Below, one piece after another: positions 9,976-20,152 of a stretch of 64,000 nucleotides of DNA. Source of the DNA: a virus (taxonomy: Duplodnaviria; Caudoviricetes); IMG/VR virus record IMGVR_UViG_3300021408_000001, positions 32,001-96,000 of that record. One strand, written 5' to 3'. Below the pieces are notes generated by a model that was given only the letters and a program-made list of their open reading frames with translations, was not told the DNA's origin and searched no databases. The position numbers and the translations under genes were made by a program. The stretch's first letter is position 1, and the number at the start of each line of letters is the position of its first letter.

Positions 9976-10299
9976 TCATGCCACCGAAGGGAATAGTAGG
10001 AACCAGAATCTCATTTGTCTATCCTTGTTTGAGATGGTCAAGTTGGACCGAAGCTGTGCCTCATACATACCAGCAGGTACTGCATCCAATTCACCAGCAG
10101 CGAATATGATAGTAATGTTAGGCGCTGTAGCAGCCCCCGTTATAAACGCTGTTTTTGTGAGAACGGCTATCTGCTCGGCGTTACCAATCTTAAGCTCAAA
10201 GGTGTAGCCGCTAGAAAAATCTATAATGTTTCCCGAAGTATCTCTCCAGGTCAATGCAATATCTGGATGTTCGGCACCTTTGCTATACTTAACAATCAT
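9976..10299 (-). CDS. Small beta-rich structural protein (BppU-N-like), paralogue of 14307-14633
   Basis: Shares GAE.P....TW.D..G..I.FSSG.TF...IG...Q.A..TKT..ITG....PN with 14307-14633. Confidence 0.55.
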   Translation of the reverse strand: MIVKYSKGAEHPDIALTWRDTSGNIIDFSSGYTFELKIGNAEQIAVLTKTAFITGAATAPNITIIFAAGELDAVPAGMYEAQLRSNLTISNKDRQMRFWFLLFPSVA

Positions 10300-10307
10300 A
10301 CCAACAC

Positions 10308-11627
10308 CTACTCCACGTATGTGTAAGAATATCCAGATTCGCCGAATCCAGAGTTACCGGACTCCGAAAAACTACCTGCGCCAGATTCATTGTTACCTAC
10401 TATGACAGGGTACAGGTCTGGAATGGCAGATGGTATAGAAGCATTGTTGCCCGAGACTATAACTGTACCTACACCTGCTACAGAAGAAACCAGGGATGCT
10501 ACGCTTTGCGCTATACAAGTGGCAATAGCTGGTTGAGCATTAACATTAGTCTCAGCAAGAGAAGTTACAGCGGCATTCTGACCAGCCGTTATTATGACGG
10601 CTACTACTGATGCTACAGACAGCGATGCAGACGAGCTTCCTGCTATAGCATTGGAAATAGCAGGCGATGCACCAGATGTAATAGCTAGATGTGCATTATC
10701 GACTCGAACACTTACAGCAGCAATCCCAGCGTTTGCCGTTGTAAATGTTCCAGTTTGTACAACCGGAGTAACTGCTACAGCATTGACAACACTGGCTATA
10801 GATCCAGATGAAACCGTTGTTGTTGAGTTATTAGCTACTGCACCGACAACGGCACCTTGTGCATCAGCATTCGAGGGAATAGTAGCATTTAAAACAACAG
10901 CACTAACAGATGCTGCTATAGCATTAATGGTTACCGTGGTTGCAGGAGTATTAGAAATTACGCTCGATACAGCAGATGCAATATTAATTCCAGCATTAAT
11001 GTTATTGGCTGCAGATGTAACTACACCAGCCGCAGCATTAATAGTAGCTAGAGTAGATATGTTATTAGATACAACAGTAGAAGTAGCTGCACCAGAGCTA
11101 GCAGATGGTCGAGGATTAGGATTGTTAGCAACTGGTAGAGCTACGGCTGCTATTGCTCCGAATGTGACAGTTGATGATATACCATTCGATATCGCAGAGC
11201 TGGTAGCTGTTTGAGCTACTGCTAGAGCACCTGTAACAGCCGCTGGGTTGTTGCCTACAGCAAGTACAGCAGATTGTGCTGCATTAGGCTGTACATTCGC
11301 AGATGCATTAGCCGCAGCAATCGATATTGCCGCAGCAGCACTAGTAGTTGCTAGTGCGCTAATGTTGTTAGCTACACCTAGGCTGATTGCTTGAGCAGAA
11401 TTTATAGAAACTATTGGTGCTACGTTATTTGCTACAGCAGAGCATGTAGCCACACCGGCATTCACAGAAACACTTGATGTAGGATTATTAGCTACGGCAG
11501 ATACTACGGCCTGTGCTGCATCAACATTTGTTGATGTTGATGCAACAGCCTGAACTGTAAAAATCCTAGTTCTTGGGTATGCTGCAACACCCTGGTTGGA
11601 TGGTATCGGCCAGCGAATTTTACTCAT
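10308..11627 (-). CDS. Ala/Val/Ser/Asn-rich repetitive fibre-like protein
   Basis: ~20-aa repeats, e.g. VDAAQAVVSAVANNPTSSVS / VNAGVATCSAVANNVAPIVS / INSAQAISLGVANNISALAT. Confidence 0.6.
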   Translation of the reverse strand: MSKIRWPIPSNQGVAAYPRTRIFTVQAVASTSTNVDAAQAVVSAVANNPTSSVSVNAGVATCSAVANNVAPIVSINSAQAISLGVANNISALATTSAAAAISIAAANASANVQPNAAQSAVLAVGNNPAAVTGALAVAQTATSSAISNGISSTVTFGAIAAVALPVANNPNPRPSASSGAATSTVVSNNISTLATINAAAGVVTSAANNINAGINIASAVSSVISNTPATTVTINAIAASVSAVVLNATIPSNADAQGAVVGAVANNSTTTVSSGSIASVVNAVAVTPVVQTGTFTTANAGIAAVSVRVDNAHLAITSGASPAISNAIAGSSSASLSVASVVAVIITAGQNAAVTSLAETNVNAQPAIATCIAQSVASLVSSVAGVGTVIVSGNNASIPSAIPDLYPVIVGNNESGAGSFSESGNSGFGESGYSYTYVE

Positions 11628-13009
11628 GGCACAATCCGGGGAGCCATAACTACATCCGGTATAACAGGTAGGTCAGACCTTAGACGTATAAACGCAGCAG
11701 GTCCACACTGGTTCGTACCAGTAGTAAATGCTACAGCAGGGGCGGCGGTCGCGGTACCGCTAAGCACCCGAGCATCAAAAATTTCTATGTTCCCGTCGTT
11801 ACCTGTAGTAACTCCAGCCCCCGTTGTGCGTCTTGTTGTGGTATCGAAAGTAATACCAGCAGCCGTAATAGCTGGGGCAGAAAAAGTTGCCAAGTTAGTA
11901 TCTGTATCAGTAGCCACCACTGCTACTACAACGTCATTAGGAGCAAGGCTAATGGAGGCTGATGCAGTTATGGCCCTATTAGCGCCGTGAGTATTATCAT
12001 CCCCAGAGGCAGTTTCTGTAAGCCACAGGCCTGTGTAGGACTTGTACATTATCATTTCGCCAATACAGCCCCCCGCTGTACCGCCCTGATCAAATGTTAC
12101 AGAACCTGACTCGTTGCCAATCAGGTTCCTAATATCCAGCGCAACTCTCGTCTGGTGGCTGTCAGCTATATTGGTACCTACAAGACCGCCAAGTAAATCT
12201 GTGTGACTGTCCCATCCAGCTTCTGCCGCAGTAGTTACAGCGTTATCCCAAGCTGATCTACCGGCTATCGCCATGTAATTGGTAGCAACACTGGCTGGGT
12301 AAGCAACCGATACTGTGGCAGTGCCCCCAGCAGACTTGGCTCCAAGAGTCACAAATTCAACTAGAGGGGCAGGTCTAATAGCTATGGTTGCTGTACAGAA
12401 TTCTTCCGACCCACTTAGAGTAAATGCACTAGGATCTTCTGAAGCCGTAGCGTTATTTCTAGATGCCCAGCTAATGCTACATCCATCAGCAGCATCACCA
12501 GATCCTAGTGTGCCTGTATCAGTGTAGTTAGTAGGAAATCCAGTAGCAGTTACAGTACCATTGTCGTTGGCCGTAACAACGAGCCATAGAGTATCTTCAA
12601 CATCCCATGTTGCCGGATTAAGTGATGCTGGATCAGCACTAGTTCCAGGAGCTGCGCCCTGAAATATAGCAGCCACAGGAGCAGTGGAAAAAGCGTCGCC
12701 AGAAATTCTATATGTTCTGTGCGCAGACGTTTGGACTACGTCAGTAACTATAGCTTGGCTGGCGCCTTCAGTCCCCGCAGCTCTTTTATAATAAACTCTA
12801 AGGCCTACATTGTCCCCACCATCAGCAGTCGGTGCTAGTGCTATCCAGTTGTCTGGTATAGTACTACTAACAATCGGCCTAGCGTCAAAGGCTATAGCAG
12901 TAATCAACAAATCATTAACACTCACACCAGCAGGCATTACCACAGTGTGAGATGTTGAGTTAGTTGTCTGGGAACTAGACGCAGAAGTAACTGTTAGTGG
13001 GAACGCCAT
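11624..13009 (-). CDS. Thr/Ala/Gly-rich virion structural protein (two beta-sandwich-like halves)
   Basis: Composition and motifs (P.GV...DLLI, VYYKRA.G.E) are typical of phage fibre/decoration domains. Confidence 0.55.
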   Translation of the reverse strand: MAFPLTVTSASSSQTTNSTSHTVVMPAGVSVNDLLITAIAFDARPIVSSTIPDNWIALAPTADGGDNVGLRVYYKRAAGTEGASQAIVTDVVQTSAHRTYRISGDAFSTAPVAAIFQGAAPGTSADPASLNPATWDVEDTLWLVVTANDNGTVTATGFPTNYTDTGTLGSGDAADGCSISWASRNNATASEDPSAFTLSGSEEFCTATIAIRPAPLVEFVTLGAKSAGGTATVSVAYPASVATNYMAIAGRSAWDNAVTTAAEAGWDSHTDLLGGLVGTNIADSHQTRVALDIRNLIGNESGSVTFDQGGTAGGCIGEMIMYKSYTGLWLTETASGDDNTHGANRAITASASISLAPNDVVVAVVATDTDTNLATFSAPAITAAGITFDTTTRRTTGAGVTTGNDGNIEIFDARVLSGTATAAPAVAFTTGTNQCGPAAFIRLRSDLPVIPDVVMAPRIVP

Positions 13010-13012
13010 TTC

Positions 13013-13450
13013 TTATTCATCCCAGACTATGTACGCCTGGCATGCTTGTCCGGTACCGTTTTCAACAATCACCCCAATCCCATTACCAGTACCGACAGTA
13101 GCCCTCAGTCCAGTATCACCAAACGTCCACACGACACCGGAGCCAGCAGCGGCGCCTAGAACGGCTCTATACCCCAAGTCATCGGCAACGGTTGGTCCTA
13201 CCGAGTGCGTGTTCGCCGCGGTGCATGAGGCAGCGACTGCGTCTGGGTCGTGCTTAGCCTCTGTCAACCCAGTTCCTGGGGTGCCAGCAGTAGTTAGCCT
13301 TACCAACCTTAGGGCGACCGCTGTAGTTGTAGTATTGAAGACACCGATCTCCCGGATCTTCGGACCCACAGCAGCAGCGCTATACAAAGAAATAATAGGT
13401 AGGGTAGTCGATCCCGCAGTAGTTAGCGCTCCAGCTGAGTACCTAGCCAT
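13013..13450 (-). CDS. Virion structural protein
   Basis: Likely start MARYSAG at 13450, coupled to the upstream stop. The track ORF starts at 13489. Confidence 0.55.
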   Translation of the reverse strand: MARYSAGALTTAGSTTLPIISLYSAAAVGPKIREIGVFNTTTTAVALRLVRLTTAGTPGTGLTEAKHDPDAVAASCTAANTHSVGPTVADDLGYRAVLGAAAGSGVVWTFGDTGLRATVGTGNGIGVIVENGTGQACQAYIVWDE

Positions 13451-13926
13451 TAGAACTGAAACTCCATAACACCGCTGGTAGAGTTCCAAACAATAGTGAA
13501 GGTACCATCTGTAACTGAGTTGGTGCCACCAAAGTAGTTATAGCAAACACCCTGGTCGTTAGGTGATGTTGACGTATCGTCATACACTAGAGCGCCAAAT
13601 ACGGCAGCTAGAGTTGCAGATGATCCAGACGCGGTGTTTGCCGCTGTCCACCTAAGACGCAATGTAGTTGCAACGTTGATTGCCAAGGTGCCCATAGTCT
13701 GACCACCCTGCGGCCATTCAGCACCATCAAACACTTCGTTGCCCGTGGTTACCCACTGATCAGCGTTGTAGCAAGAGTTTGCTTGAGTTACATCAGAGCT
13801 GGGGGTTATATCGTTGTCATAAAGGGCTGCTTTAAACGTATCGGCATCAAGGTCAAGAGCCTCAGCCGGAACGCTTATGCAAGTCTGTACGAACGCTCTG
13901 AAAACCTTAGAGTTTGACCATGCCAT
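13450..13926 (-). CDS. Virion structural protein, paralogue of 17690-18145
   Basis: DLDADTFKAAL..., and C-terminal TDGTFTIVWN..GV mirrors NGGNIVVQWNASGVF of 17690-18145. Confidence 0.6.
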   Translation of the reverse strand: MAWSNSKVFRAFVQTCISVPAEALDLDADTFKAALYDNDITPSSDVTQANSCYNADQWVTTGNEVFDGAEWPQGGQTMGTLAINVATTLRLRWTAANTASGSSATLAAVFGALVYDDTSTSPNDQGVCYNYFGGTNSVTDGTFTIVWNSTSGVMEFQF

Positions 13927-13929
13927 GCT

Positions 13930-14310
13930 TTATTCTCCTTTAACGGCGGCGCTATGTGCGCCTACTGACACATTCCTACCTGACAGTCCCTTGGAAGGAC
14001 TAACAGAGTCCCCTATAATTTGTGCAGTAGGAGCATAAACTGCGCAGTCCTGCCCATCTTCCCGAGTGGTAACAACAGACATAATAGGTGCGCCTTCACC
14101 GTCAGTCTGTACTATCTCATTGTTGATGTAATCTTCTCTCTCATTAGATTCAATTTTACATTTAATTCCAGCTGGTACAAATGGAGTTGATAGGCCTTTC
14201 ATACCACGACAATTATGAAATGGTGTATGTGGTCGGGCCTCATTAGTTACATGAGTAGAGACGCAGTTAGGGCATTCCCAGCGATGTTCCGGTGTAAGAG
14301 AGATGGTCAT
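13930..14310 (-). CDS. Hypothetical protein (CPNC...H.C motif)
   Basis: Overlapping start/stop packing within the operon. Confidence 0.55.
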   Translation of the reverse strand: MTISLTPEHRWECPNCVSTHVTNEARPHTPFHNCRGMKGLSTPFVPAGIKCKIESNEREDYINNEIVQTDGEGAPIMSVVTTREDGQDCAVYAPTAQIIGDSVSPSKGLSGRNVSVGAHSAAVKGE

Positions 14311-14633
14311 GCTGCCACCGCAGAGAATATTGTAAGGACAGTAGATTGAATACGATCCTTGTTGGTTGCTGTTTCTCTGGCTATGACATCCATGGCATAA
14401 GTATCTGGTGTGAGAGTATCTAGCTCGTCAGCACTCCATGAGACAACAAGATTAGGCGCAACCGCGCCACCAGTTATTCCCGTGGTTTTAGTAACTATCG
14501 CTGCCTGTCCTGCCTGACCAATTCTTACTGTGAATGTCCAGCCACTGGAAAAGTTTATAACTGCACCATCTGAGTCAAGCCAAGTCACTTCCACATTTGG
14601 GTACTCGGCCCCTTCATAATACTCTATAGCCAT
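14307..14633 (-). CDS. Small beta-rich structural protein (BppU-N-like), paralogue of 9976-10299
   Basis: See 9976-10299. Confidence 0.55.
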   Translation of the reverse strand: MAIEYYEGAEYPNVEVTWLDSDGAVINFSSGWTFTVRIGQAGQAAIVTKTTGITGGAVAPNLVVSWSADELDTLTPDTYAMDVIARETATNKDRIQSTVLTIFSAVAA

Positions 14634-14636
14634 GAG

Positions 14637-17216
14637 CTACTCCTGGAAAGTAACAGTATGGGACTCGGCAAATGTAGCCGTGGTCAGGGGGTCTATAAAC
14701 CTAGTGGAGCTATCTGGATCTATAAATCCAGCCGCATTGATAGGATCCCTAAACGTGACCGATATGCCCGCAGCTACACTTGCATTAACAACTGTGGGTG
14801 CGAATAGAAACGCTCCAGCATCAATCTTCGATAGTAATATATCCTGCAAACTTTTCAACAGAGCCGGCGTCTGCATGGATGTTACAACTGTAATTACTCC
14901 AGGGTCAATAACAGCCGCAATGCTAGGTGCATTCATTGTAGCGATTGCAGTTATTGATGCTGGAGTAAGTACTGTAGCAGACGATAGATAATTAACAGTT
15001 AGTTTAGGTGCATCATATGTAACATTCTCAAAGCTGGCGAATTGCAATTTATCGACAGCGCTATTGTGGTCATAGATAAGAACTAGGCTGTTACCAGAAG
15101 TCCACCCAGGACGAGCTATTATTTCCTCTACAATAAGTGAAAGATCTGAGGATGTAACAACAGCCCCAAGACCACCTAGGTCATTATCAGTCCATAGCGC
15201 GGATGCATTGGTAGTGACCCTGTTGTCTAGGTTGCCATCGGTTGTTGTAAATGTTAGAGCGTTATCGACATCTTCACCGTACCAGATGCCCTCAGCATCG
15301 TTCTTACTTGTACCCTGACTTAGTACCAAATCAACCGTTGATGTAACAACATTAGCCCCCATAGGTATCTGTACGTCATTAAATCTAAGTCCTACTCGCA
15401 TACCAACAATATTAGCGACTATATCTATGTTGTTTATAACAGGTGCATGTCCCGGCTCTTCATAAGCATCATCACTTATCGCAGCCGTACTTCTAATGAG
15501 TGTTATAACATTAAAGACACTAGGACTATATAGAATAGCAGCAGCATTAATTACATTAGGACTTATAGTAGCCTGATTAAGTGTGATAGTCGGTGACTGT
15601 ACTGTTGCAGTTGCAGTTATAGAGGGTACAGTAAAAAGTACAGTTAGTAGATGAGTAGGCTCTTGGATCAATGCAGGTATTGTAATAACTGGCATCTGCA
15701 CATTTTGGATTACGAGCTGGACCTGCACAGGGGGATTGAGTGTGGCAGGAGCGCTAATTACCGGAGGATTTATATCAAACCCTGGTTCAGGTACTGCTAA
15801 GAAATAAGAAGTACCACCATCGAGAATGTGTCGACCTGGTGTAGCAGCAGACAATGGAGCAGCCATAGTCATTACATGACCATCGGGCGCTGGAAAGTCT
15901 GGATGTATCTTGGTGTGAAGTTGTCCTCTATGTTCGCCAACACCAAAATAATTTAACCCAAATGGTGGAGCCGGTATAGTGATGTAGTGATCCCAAGGGC
16001 CTTCTGGAATTGTTGACCTATAGCAACGCTTTTCTCGTTCAAGATAATCTTGGGCTACCAAGATATAATTATTAGTTCCTAGCTTAGCTACACCAGCATC
16101 CCCGGCTATATCATTACCATTAGTGTCTTTAAGTCGAGCTAGGCTGGCTATAGAACTAATCCATGCTGTACCATTCCAGAATTGGTAGGTAGAGAACACT
16201 CCACCGACATGGGCTGTTGACATCAATGAGCCATGTGGTGTCCTAGCAACTGTCATATATGACGTTATCGTAGCTTCATCTTCAAAGTAGTTGGGAGTGA
16301 AGTTACCAAACTTAGGTACGAACTCCCGCCCATACACATAATCAAACGATGTATCTTCAACAATATCACATATATAAAAATTGCTGCCAGGGCCTACATT
16401 GAAGGTAGCTGTCTCGCTAACAGTGCCAAACCCATTGATATGCAGAATGTGCGAATCTTCAACTTGATGGTCCAGCGCACCCCCACCACCAGGGAACGTG
16501 GTGAGCCAGGCTCCTACATACAGCACTCGGCTGGGTGCGAGAGATGGCGATACAGCTAAGTTCCAATACAAGGTATTGGGATAGGTAGTCTGGTTAGGTC
16601 TAAATGCTGGAGTGAGGTTAGGACCAGCCATGGTCCTAAATCCCGCACCCAACGCATCAGCCGACCTAGTTGCACCCCACTTATCAACCTCACCGTTCTT
16701 GAATTCGTTAGTCATATGGTTGCGGTTGGGCAACGCTCCACTAATGAATTCGTTGGTAGCTAGATCGACAGCATTCGGCCCATTGATGTAATAGTCAGAG
16801 CCTACCCAGAATCTACGACCGTTATCGAAGCCAGATTGGGTTACTACGCATGTGTCGAGCGTATCTCCACCCAGGTAGTTAAGATAAAAGCTACCACTAC
16901 CAGCCGGATCCTCATGATCAGACGATTGCCTAATCCACTGTACAAATCGTTCGGTCAGAAGGATTTCATTGAAGCATTGTGCATAGGGCTTACCCCACCA
17001 AGCTAGACAAAATGCATCTTTAGTACGAGGCCCAGACGGGTCCAGTAGTGACATGAAGCCATCAGCATCTGTTCCATAGTGGTCAGAAGCAACAGCAGCA
17101 ATATCACCAGCATCAGGACTATTGACAGCATACACCGACCCAGGAATGGGATGTACTTCCAGCAGCTTCATTAGAGCTGCGGCGTTAATCGTACTCGGTG
17201 TAGCGAACTGAGTCAT
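14637..17216 (-). CDS. Large multidomain virion protein (possible propeller/carbohydrate-active N-domain, repeat stalk, C-terminal beta domain)
   Basis: 859 aa with PSI.A.A.V..P repeats. The C-terminal GLRF..V.IP.GA....(W.SGN.L.L)..PKL.V.Y domain is a type seen in surface proteins. Confidence 0.5.
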   Translation of the reverse strand: MTQFATPSTINAAALMKLLEVHPIPGSVYAVNSPDAGDIAAVASDHYGTDADGFMSLLDPSGPRTKDAFCLAWWGKPYAQCFNEILLTERFVQWIRQSSDHEDPAGSGSFYLNYLGGDTLDTCVVTQSGFDNGRRFWVGSDYYINGPNAVDLATNEFISGALPNRNHMTNEFKNGEVDKWGATRSADALGAGFRTMAGPNLTPAFRPNQTTYPNTLYWNLAVSPSLAPSRVLYVGAWLTTFPGGGGALDHQVEDSHILHINGFGTVSETATFNVGPGSNFYICDIVEDTSFDYVYGREFVPKFGNFTPNYFEDEATITSYMTVARTPHGSLMSTAHVGGVFSTYQFWNGTAWISSIASLARLKDTNGNDIAGDAGVAKLGTNNYILVAQDYLEREKRCYRSTIPEGPWDHYITIPAPPFGLNYFGVGEHRGQLHTKIHPDFPAPDGHVMTMAAPLSAATPGRHILDGGTSYFLAVPEPGFDINPPVISAPATLNPPVQVQLVIQNVQMPVITIPALIQEPTHLLTVLFTVPSITATATVQSPTITLNQATISPNVINAAAILYSPSVFNVITLIRSTAAISDDAYEEPGHAPVINNIDIVANIVGMRVGLRFNDVQIPMGANVVTSTVDLVLSQGTSKNDAEGIWYGEDVDNALTFTTTDGNLDNRVTTNASALWTDNDLGGLGAVVTSSDLSLIVEEIIARPGWTSGNSLVLIYDHNSAVDKLQFASFENVTYDAPKLTVNYLSSATVLTPASITAIATMNAPSIAAVIDPGVITVVTSMQTPALLKSLQDILLSKIDAGAFLFAPTVVNASVAAGISVTFRDPINAAGFIDPDSSTRFIDPLTTATFAESHTVTFQE

Positions 17217-17689
17217 GGCTTCTTGTAAGTCACAATCTGGTCGTCGCCATCTATGCCCAACTCACAACCATCAATGAAATTTATCATAAAGTTACGAATA
17301 TCTGTATTAGAAACTCTGCCCCATAGCCATCCATACTTCTCTACAGCAATATCTCCCATAGAGGAATATATATCTGACATTTCTTCAGGCGGCAGATCCT
17401 TTAGGCCAATCCACCTGCAATAGCAGCCGCCGTACTTTCTATCACGATCGTCCGTGCATATTAGATACCCAACAACCTCATCACCATCATGGGCGACAAC
17501 TACCAAAGCGTCACGATCAACGAATTCTCTAATCATTGAAAATGACGGATACGTAAGATCCCACTTCTGTCGAGCTACGGCAGCAGCATTACATCTCAGC
17601 TCAACATCTAAGCTCTTCGAGAAATCGCGTACCGGTTGACACCACTGATCTAAATTAGTTGCATCAACCTCTGTATAGTTGACCGCCAT
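17213..17689 (-). CDS. Hypothetical protein, possible GNAT-like fold
   Basis: LVVVAHDGDEVVGYLIC strand-pair motif. Confidence 0.35.
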   Translation of the reverse strand: MAVNYTEVDATNLDQWCQPVRDFSKSLDVELRCNAAAVARQKWDLTYPSFSMIREFVDRDALVVVAHDGDEVVGYLICTDDRDRKYGGCYCRWIGLKDLPPEEMSDIYSSMGDIAVEKYGWLWGRVSNTDIRNFMINFIDGCELGIDGDDQIVTYKKP

Positions 17690-18145
17690 TTACCACTCAA
17701 ATACGCCAGAGGCGTTCCACTGCACAACGATGTTTCCGCCGTTGGGAGTCACAGGAAGACCTGTGGCAGTGCCAAATTTGCAAATAAGAATGTCCGTGGA
17801 GTCAGCACCAGCCGACTCATTGAATATCAATACCTGCTCAGCCTGGTCACCGGTCACTGACGTGAACGTCACATCATTAGCGTCAAATCGTACAGTTGCA
17901 GAGCTGGGGTTAGTAATAGCTGTACCAGTCATAACAACACCGGTCGAAGGAACGAAAGCGGCAACTACATCAGCTTTATCCTGATGTGTAACCTCACTTA
18001 GATCCACGTCCGTGTTGTCTGTGAGAACACAGGTGATCAGTAGTTCCGAGTCAAGATCGGCCAGTGTTGGACCAGAGATCAAGCTCGTAGTGGCTGATAT
18101 AGCCCGAGCCTTGAACGACATAAACAACGCATTATTGGCGGTCAT
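17690..18145 (-). CDS. Virion structural protein, paralogue of 13450-13926
   Basis: FDANDVTFTSVTG and GLPVTPNGGNIVVQWNASGVF motifs. Confidence 0.6.
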   Translation of the reverse strand: MTANNALFMSFKARAISATTSLISGPTLADLDSELLITCVLTDNTDVDLSEVTHQDKADVVAAFVPSTGVVMTGTAITNPSSATVRFDANDVTFTSVTGDQAEQVLIFNESAGADSTDILICKFGTATGLPVTPNGGNIVVQWNASGVFEW

Positions 18146-18579
18146 TGCTCTCCTTTCTTAGTTGTAATACGAGCCGTGATACCCTTTGGCGCGAATTGTT
18201 GAGCAACAGCCTGTAGATCTGTGTTATAGAATGCTCCTGGTACCTGCTCTTTAGCTGTATGCTTCTGAACAGGCTTCCTCATTCCTGGGCCAGCCACAAT
18301 AGTGGGAGGATCAAGTACTTCATTTAACACAATAAATTCATGAGCTGATAAACCTGATTCCTTAGCCCTGATCAACTCACTCCATACCCCAGAGGACACA
18401 ATAGAATCACCGTTTTCATCCAAGTGAATATATATGTCCTTAGGAGTACCACCAAGCTCAGGAGTTTTGGCGGGTATAGGAATTAGCAGTACAACACTGC
18501 GTGCATTAGGATGATGTATTCTTAACCCTTTAGCCATGGCTCCTGAACCTCTAGCATGTGAGCAGGCAGTCCACCCCAT
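18142..18579 (-). CDS. Hypothetical protein (true start probably the internal MAKG)
   Basis: Operon packing. Confidence 0.5.
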   Translation of the reverse strand: MGWTACSHARGSGAMAKGLRIHHPNARSVVLLIPIPAKTPELGGTPKDIYIHLDENGDSIVSSGVWSELIRAKESGLSAHEFIVLNEVLDPPTIVAGPGMRKPVQKHTAKEQVPGAFYNTDLQAVAQQFAPKGITARITTKKGEQ

Positions 18580-18812
18580 GTGGATAGCCAGATAGTTCCA
18601 CCCTTAGCTAAATGTACCAATTCGATCTCATTAGGCTTCCAAGGAACCCTAACAACTGAGAATTCCCTTCCATCTTCCTGTAACAGGGTTACTATAGCCG
18701 TACAAGGAGTACATCCCGGAGGATCATCAGGAGCAGTAAAGACACTTAGCCTAGAAGGAAAGTCTGACCAATAAGAGACATGTTCATCAGTTATCTCTGT
18801 TACTGGAATCAC
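18522..18812 (-). CDS. Hypothetical phage protein
   Basis: W.P...E...L..GG.IWL motif is common in small phage proteins. Confidence 0.5.
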   Translation of the reverse strand: MIPVTEITDEHVSYWSDFPSRLSVFTAPDDPPGCTPCTAIVTLLQEDGREFSVVRVPWKPNEIELVHLAKGGTIWLSTWGGLPAHMLEVQEPWLKG

Positions 18813-19246
18813 TTATCGGCCTTATCATCAATATCTGATTTCAAATCAGTTATCCTACCTTGTCGGGCTCGATCATCAAGCTGGGCTGCCAATTCATCGA
18901 TCTTAATTTCTGTTAATTGTAGAGCTTCGACAGCTTCAATAGATGGCTCTCTCCCAGCAGCTCTATTTAAAGCAATAACTTCCTTCATCATTGCAAGCTC
19001 TCTAGTTATTGCATCTAATTCTGATTGCATAGCAGCAGTCATGTTAGAGTTAACAAGAATGTGTATACTATCCAGCTTGTAAGTAGTCGTATTATTAACC
19101 TCTTCTAAAAGATCGGCGACCTTATTCTGGCGCCGAAAATCCTCCTCCCTTTCGATTTTGCGCTGCCGATTTTGAATTTTAGACAACACGAAGGGGGAGA
19201 TAATAGAGCCGGCTACCATCGACATCACTATAATTACAAGATCCAT
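18809..19246 (-). CDS. Membrane-anchored coiled-coil protein
   Basis: N-terminal hydrophobic helix and IHILVNSNMT motif. Confidence 0.55.
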   Translation of the reverse strand: MDLVIIVMSMVAGSIISPFVLSKIQNRQRKIEREEDFRRQNKVADLLEEVNNTTTYKLDSIHILVNSNMTAAMQSELDAITRELAMMKEVIALNRAAGREPSIEAVEALQLTEIKIDELAAQLDDRARQGRITDLKSDIDDKADK

Positions 19247-19258
19247 ATTTAGGACCTT

Positions 19259-19693
19259 TCAAGAACGCCGCGCCCTCGATTCCTCGGCACAGTCTCTATC
19301 AGGCACTGCCTCCAACAATCGATCATTAAACTCATCTATAAATTGTGCCGACTCTTCAGGATTACTACTTTGAGATGCTGCCTGGGAAAGGAGTAATTGA
19401 AATACACCGCGAAGACGAACTCTGTCTTCTTGGTTATTATTACATCCAGTTACCAGTACAGTCTCAAGGTTATTAGCTAAAGCTTCTCTAGAATCCTTGG
19501 CATTATCCCAAACATAAACACTCAAAAGAAGCATAGCACCAACAAGCACGCCAAGAATAGTGGTAGAAACTTTACCAGCCTTAGAGCGATCTAATCTCTT
19601 AAGTTCCTCTAGAATCTTGTCTAGGGATTCCTTAGTGCTGTCAATGGTTTCACGTAACTCAGTCATCTCTTGTTCAGTTGCCATTACCCGCAC
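19259..19693 (-). CDS. Single-TM membrane protein
   Basis: Hydrophobic segment ILGVLVGAMLLLSVYVW and a Cys pair. Confidence 0.55.
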   Translation of the reverse strand: MRVMATEQEMTELRETIDSTKESLDKILEELKRLDRSKAGKVSTTILGVLVGAMLLLSVYVWDNAKDSREALANNLETVLVTGCNNNQEDRVRLRGVFQLLLSQAASQSSNPEESAQFIDEFNDRLLEAVPDRDCAEESRARRS

Positions 19694-19828
19694 TCGCCTT
19701 CATTTGTTTCTCCGCTAGGTCTAGGGATTTACGGAGATCGTTTATAGCCACTTTTAGCCGCTGTCTAACTTGTTCAGTTTCATCGACTTCCCTTTTACGC
19801 TCCTCTTTAGAGCGTTCCCAAGGCCATC

Positions 19829-20152
19829 TCATGGCAGCCTATCCCAACGCCGCTTGATCTCTCTAAGTACCTCATAGACATCAATCATGAGAGCGTGATT
19901 TTGCTCGTCAAACGTTTTACGTTGTTGTATGATTTCTGAAGATCGTTTGATCAAAGGTACTAGTTCAACAAGCGTAACAATCATGTCTGACCGTTGGGCG
20001 GCTAACTCATCTCGTTCTTTTATGAGCCGCTTAAAGAAGAATATAACAACCCAGCCTAAAATTAGTACAGCTAGGCCTAAAATTCCTCTTTCCAGCAACA
20101 TTGATTCTGGAGAAGCTGCCTGGGCAAAGTTACATATATACGCAAACATCAA
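19829..20152 (-). CDS. Holin-like membrane protein
   Basis: GILGLAVLILGWVVIFFF followed by a charged coiled coil. Confidence 0.45.
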   Translation of the reverse strand: MMFAYICNFAQAASPESMLLERGILGLAVLILGWVVIFFFKRLIKERDELAAQRSDMIVTLVELVPLIKRSSEIIQQRKTFDEQNHALMIDVYEVLREIKRRWDRLP

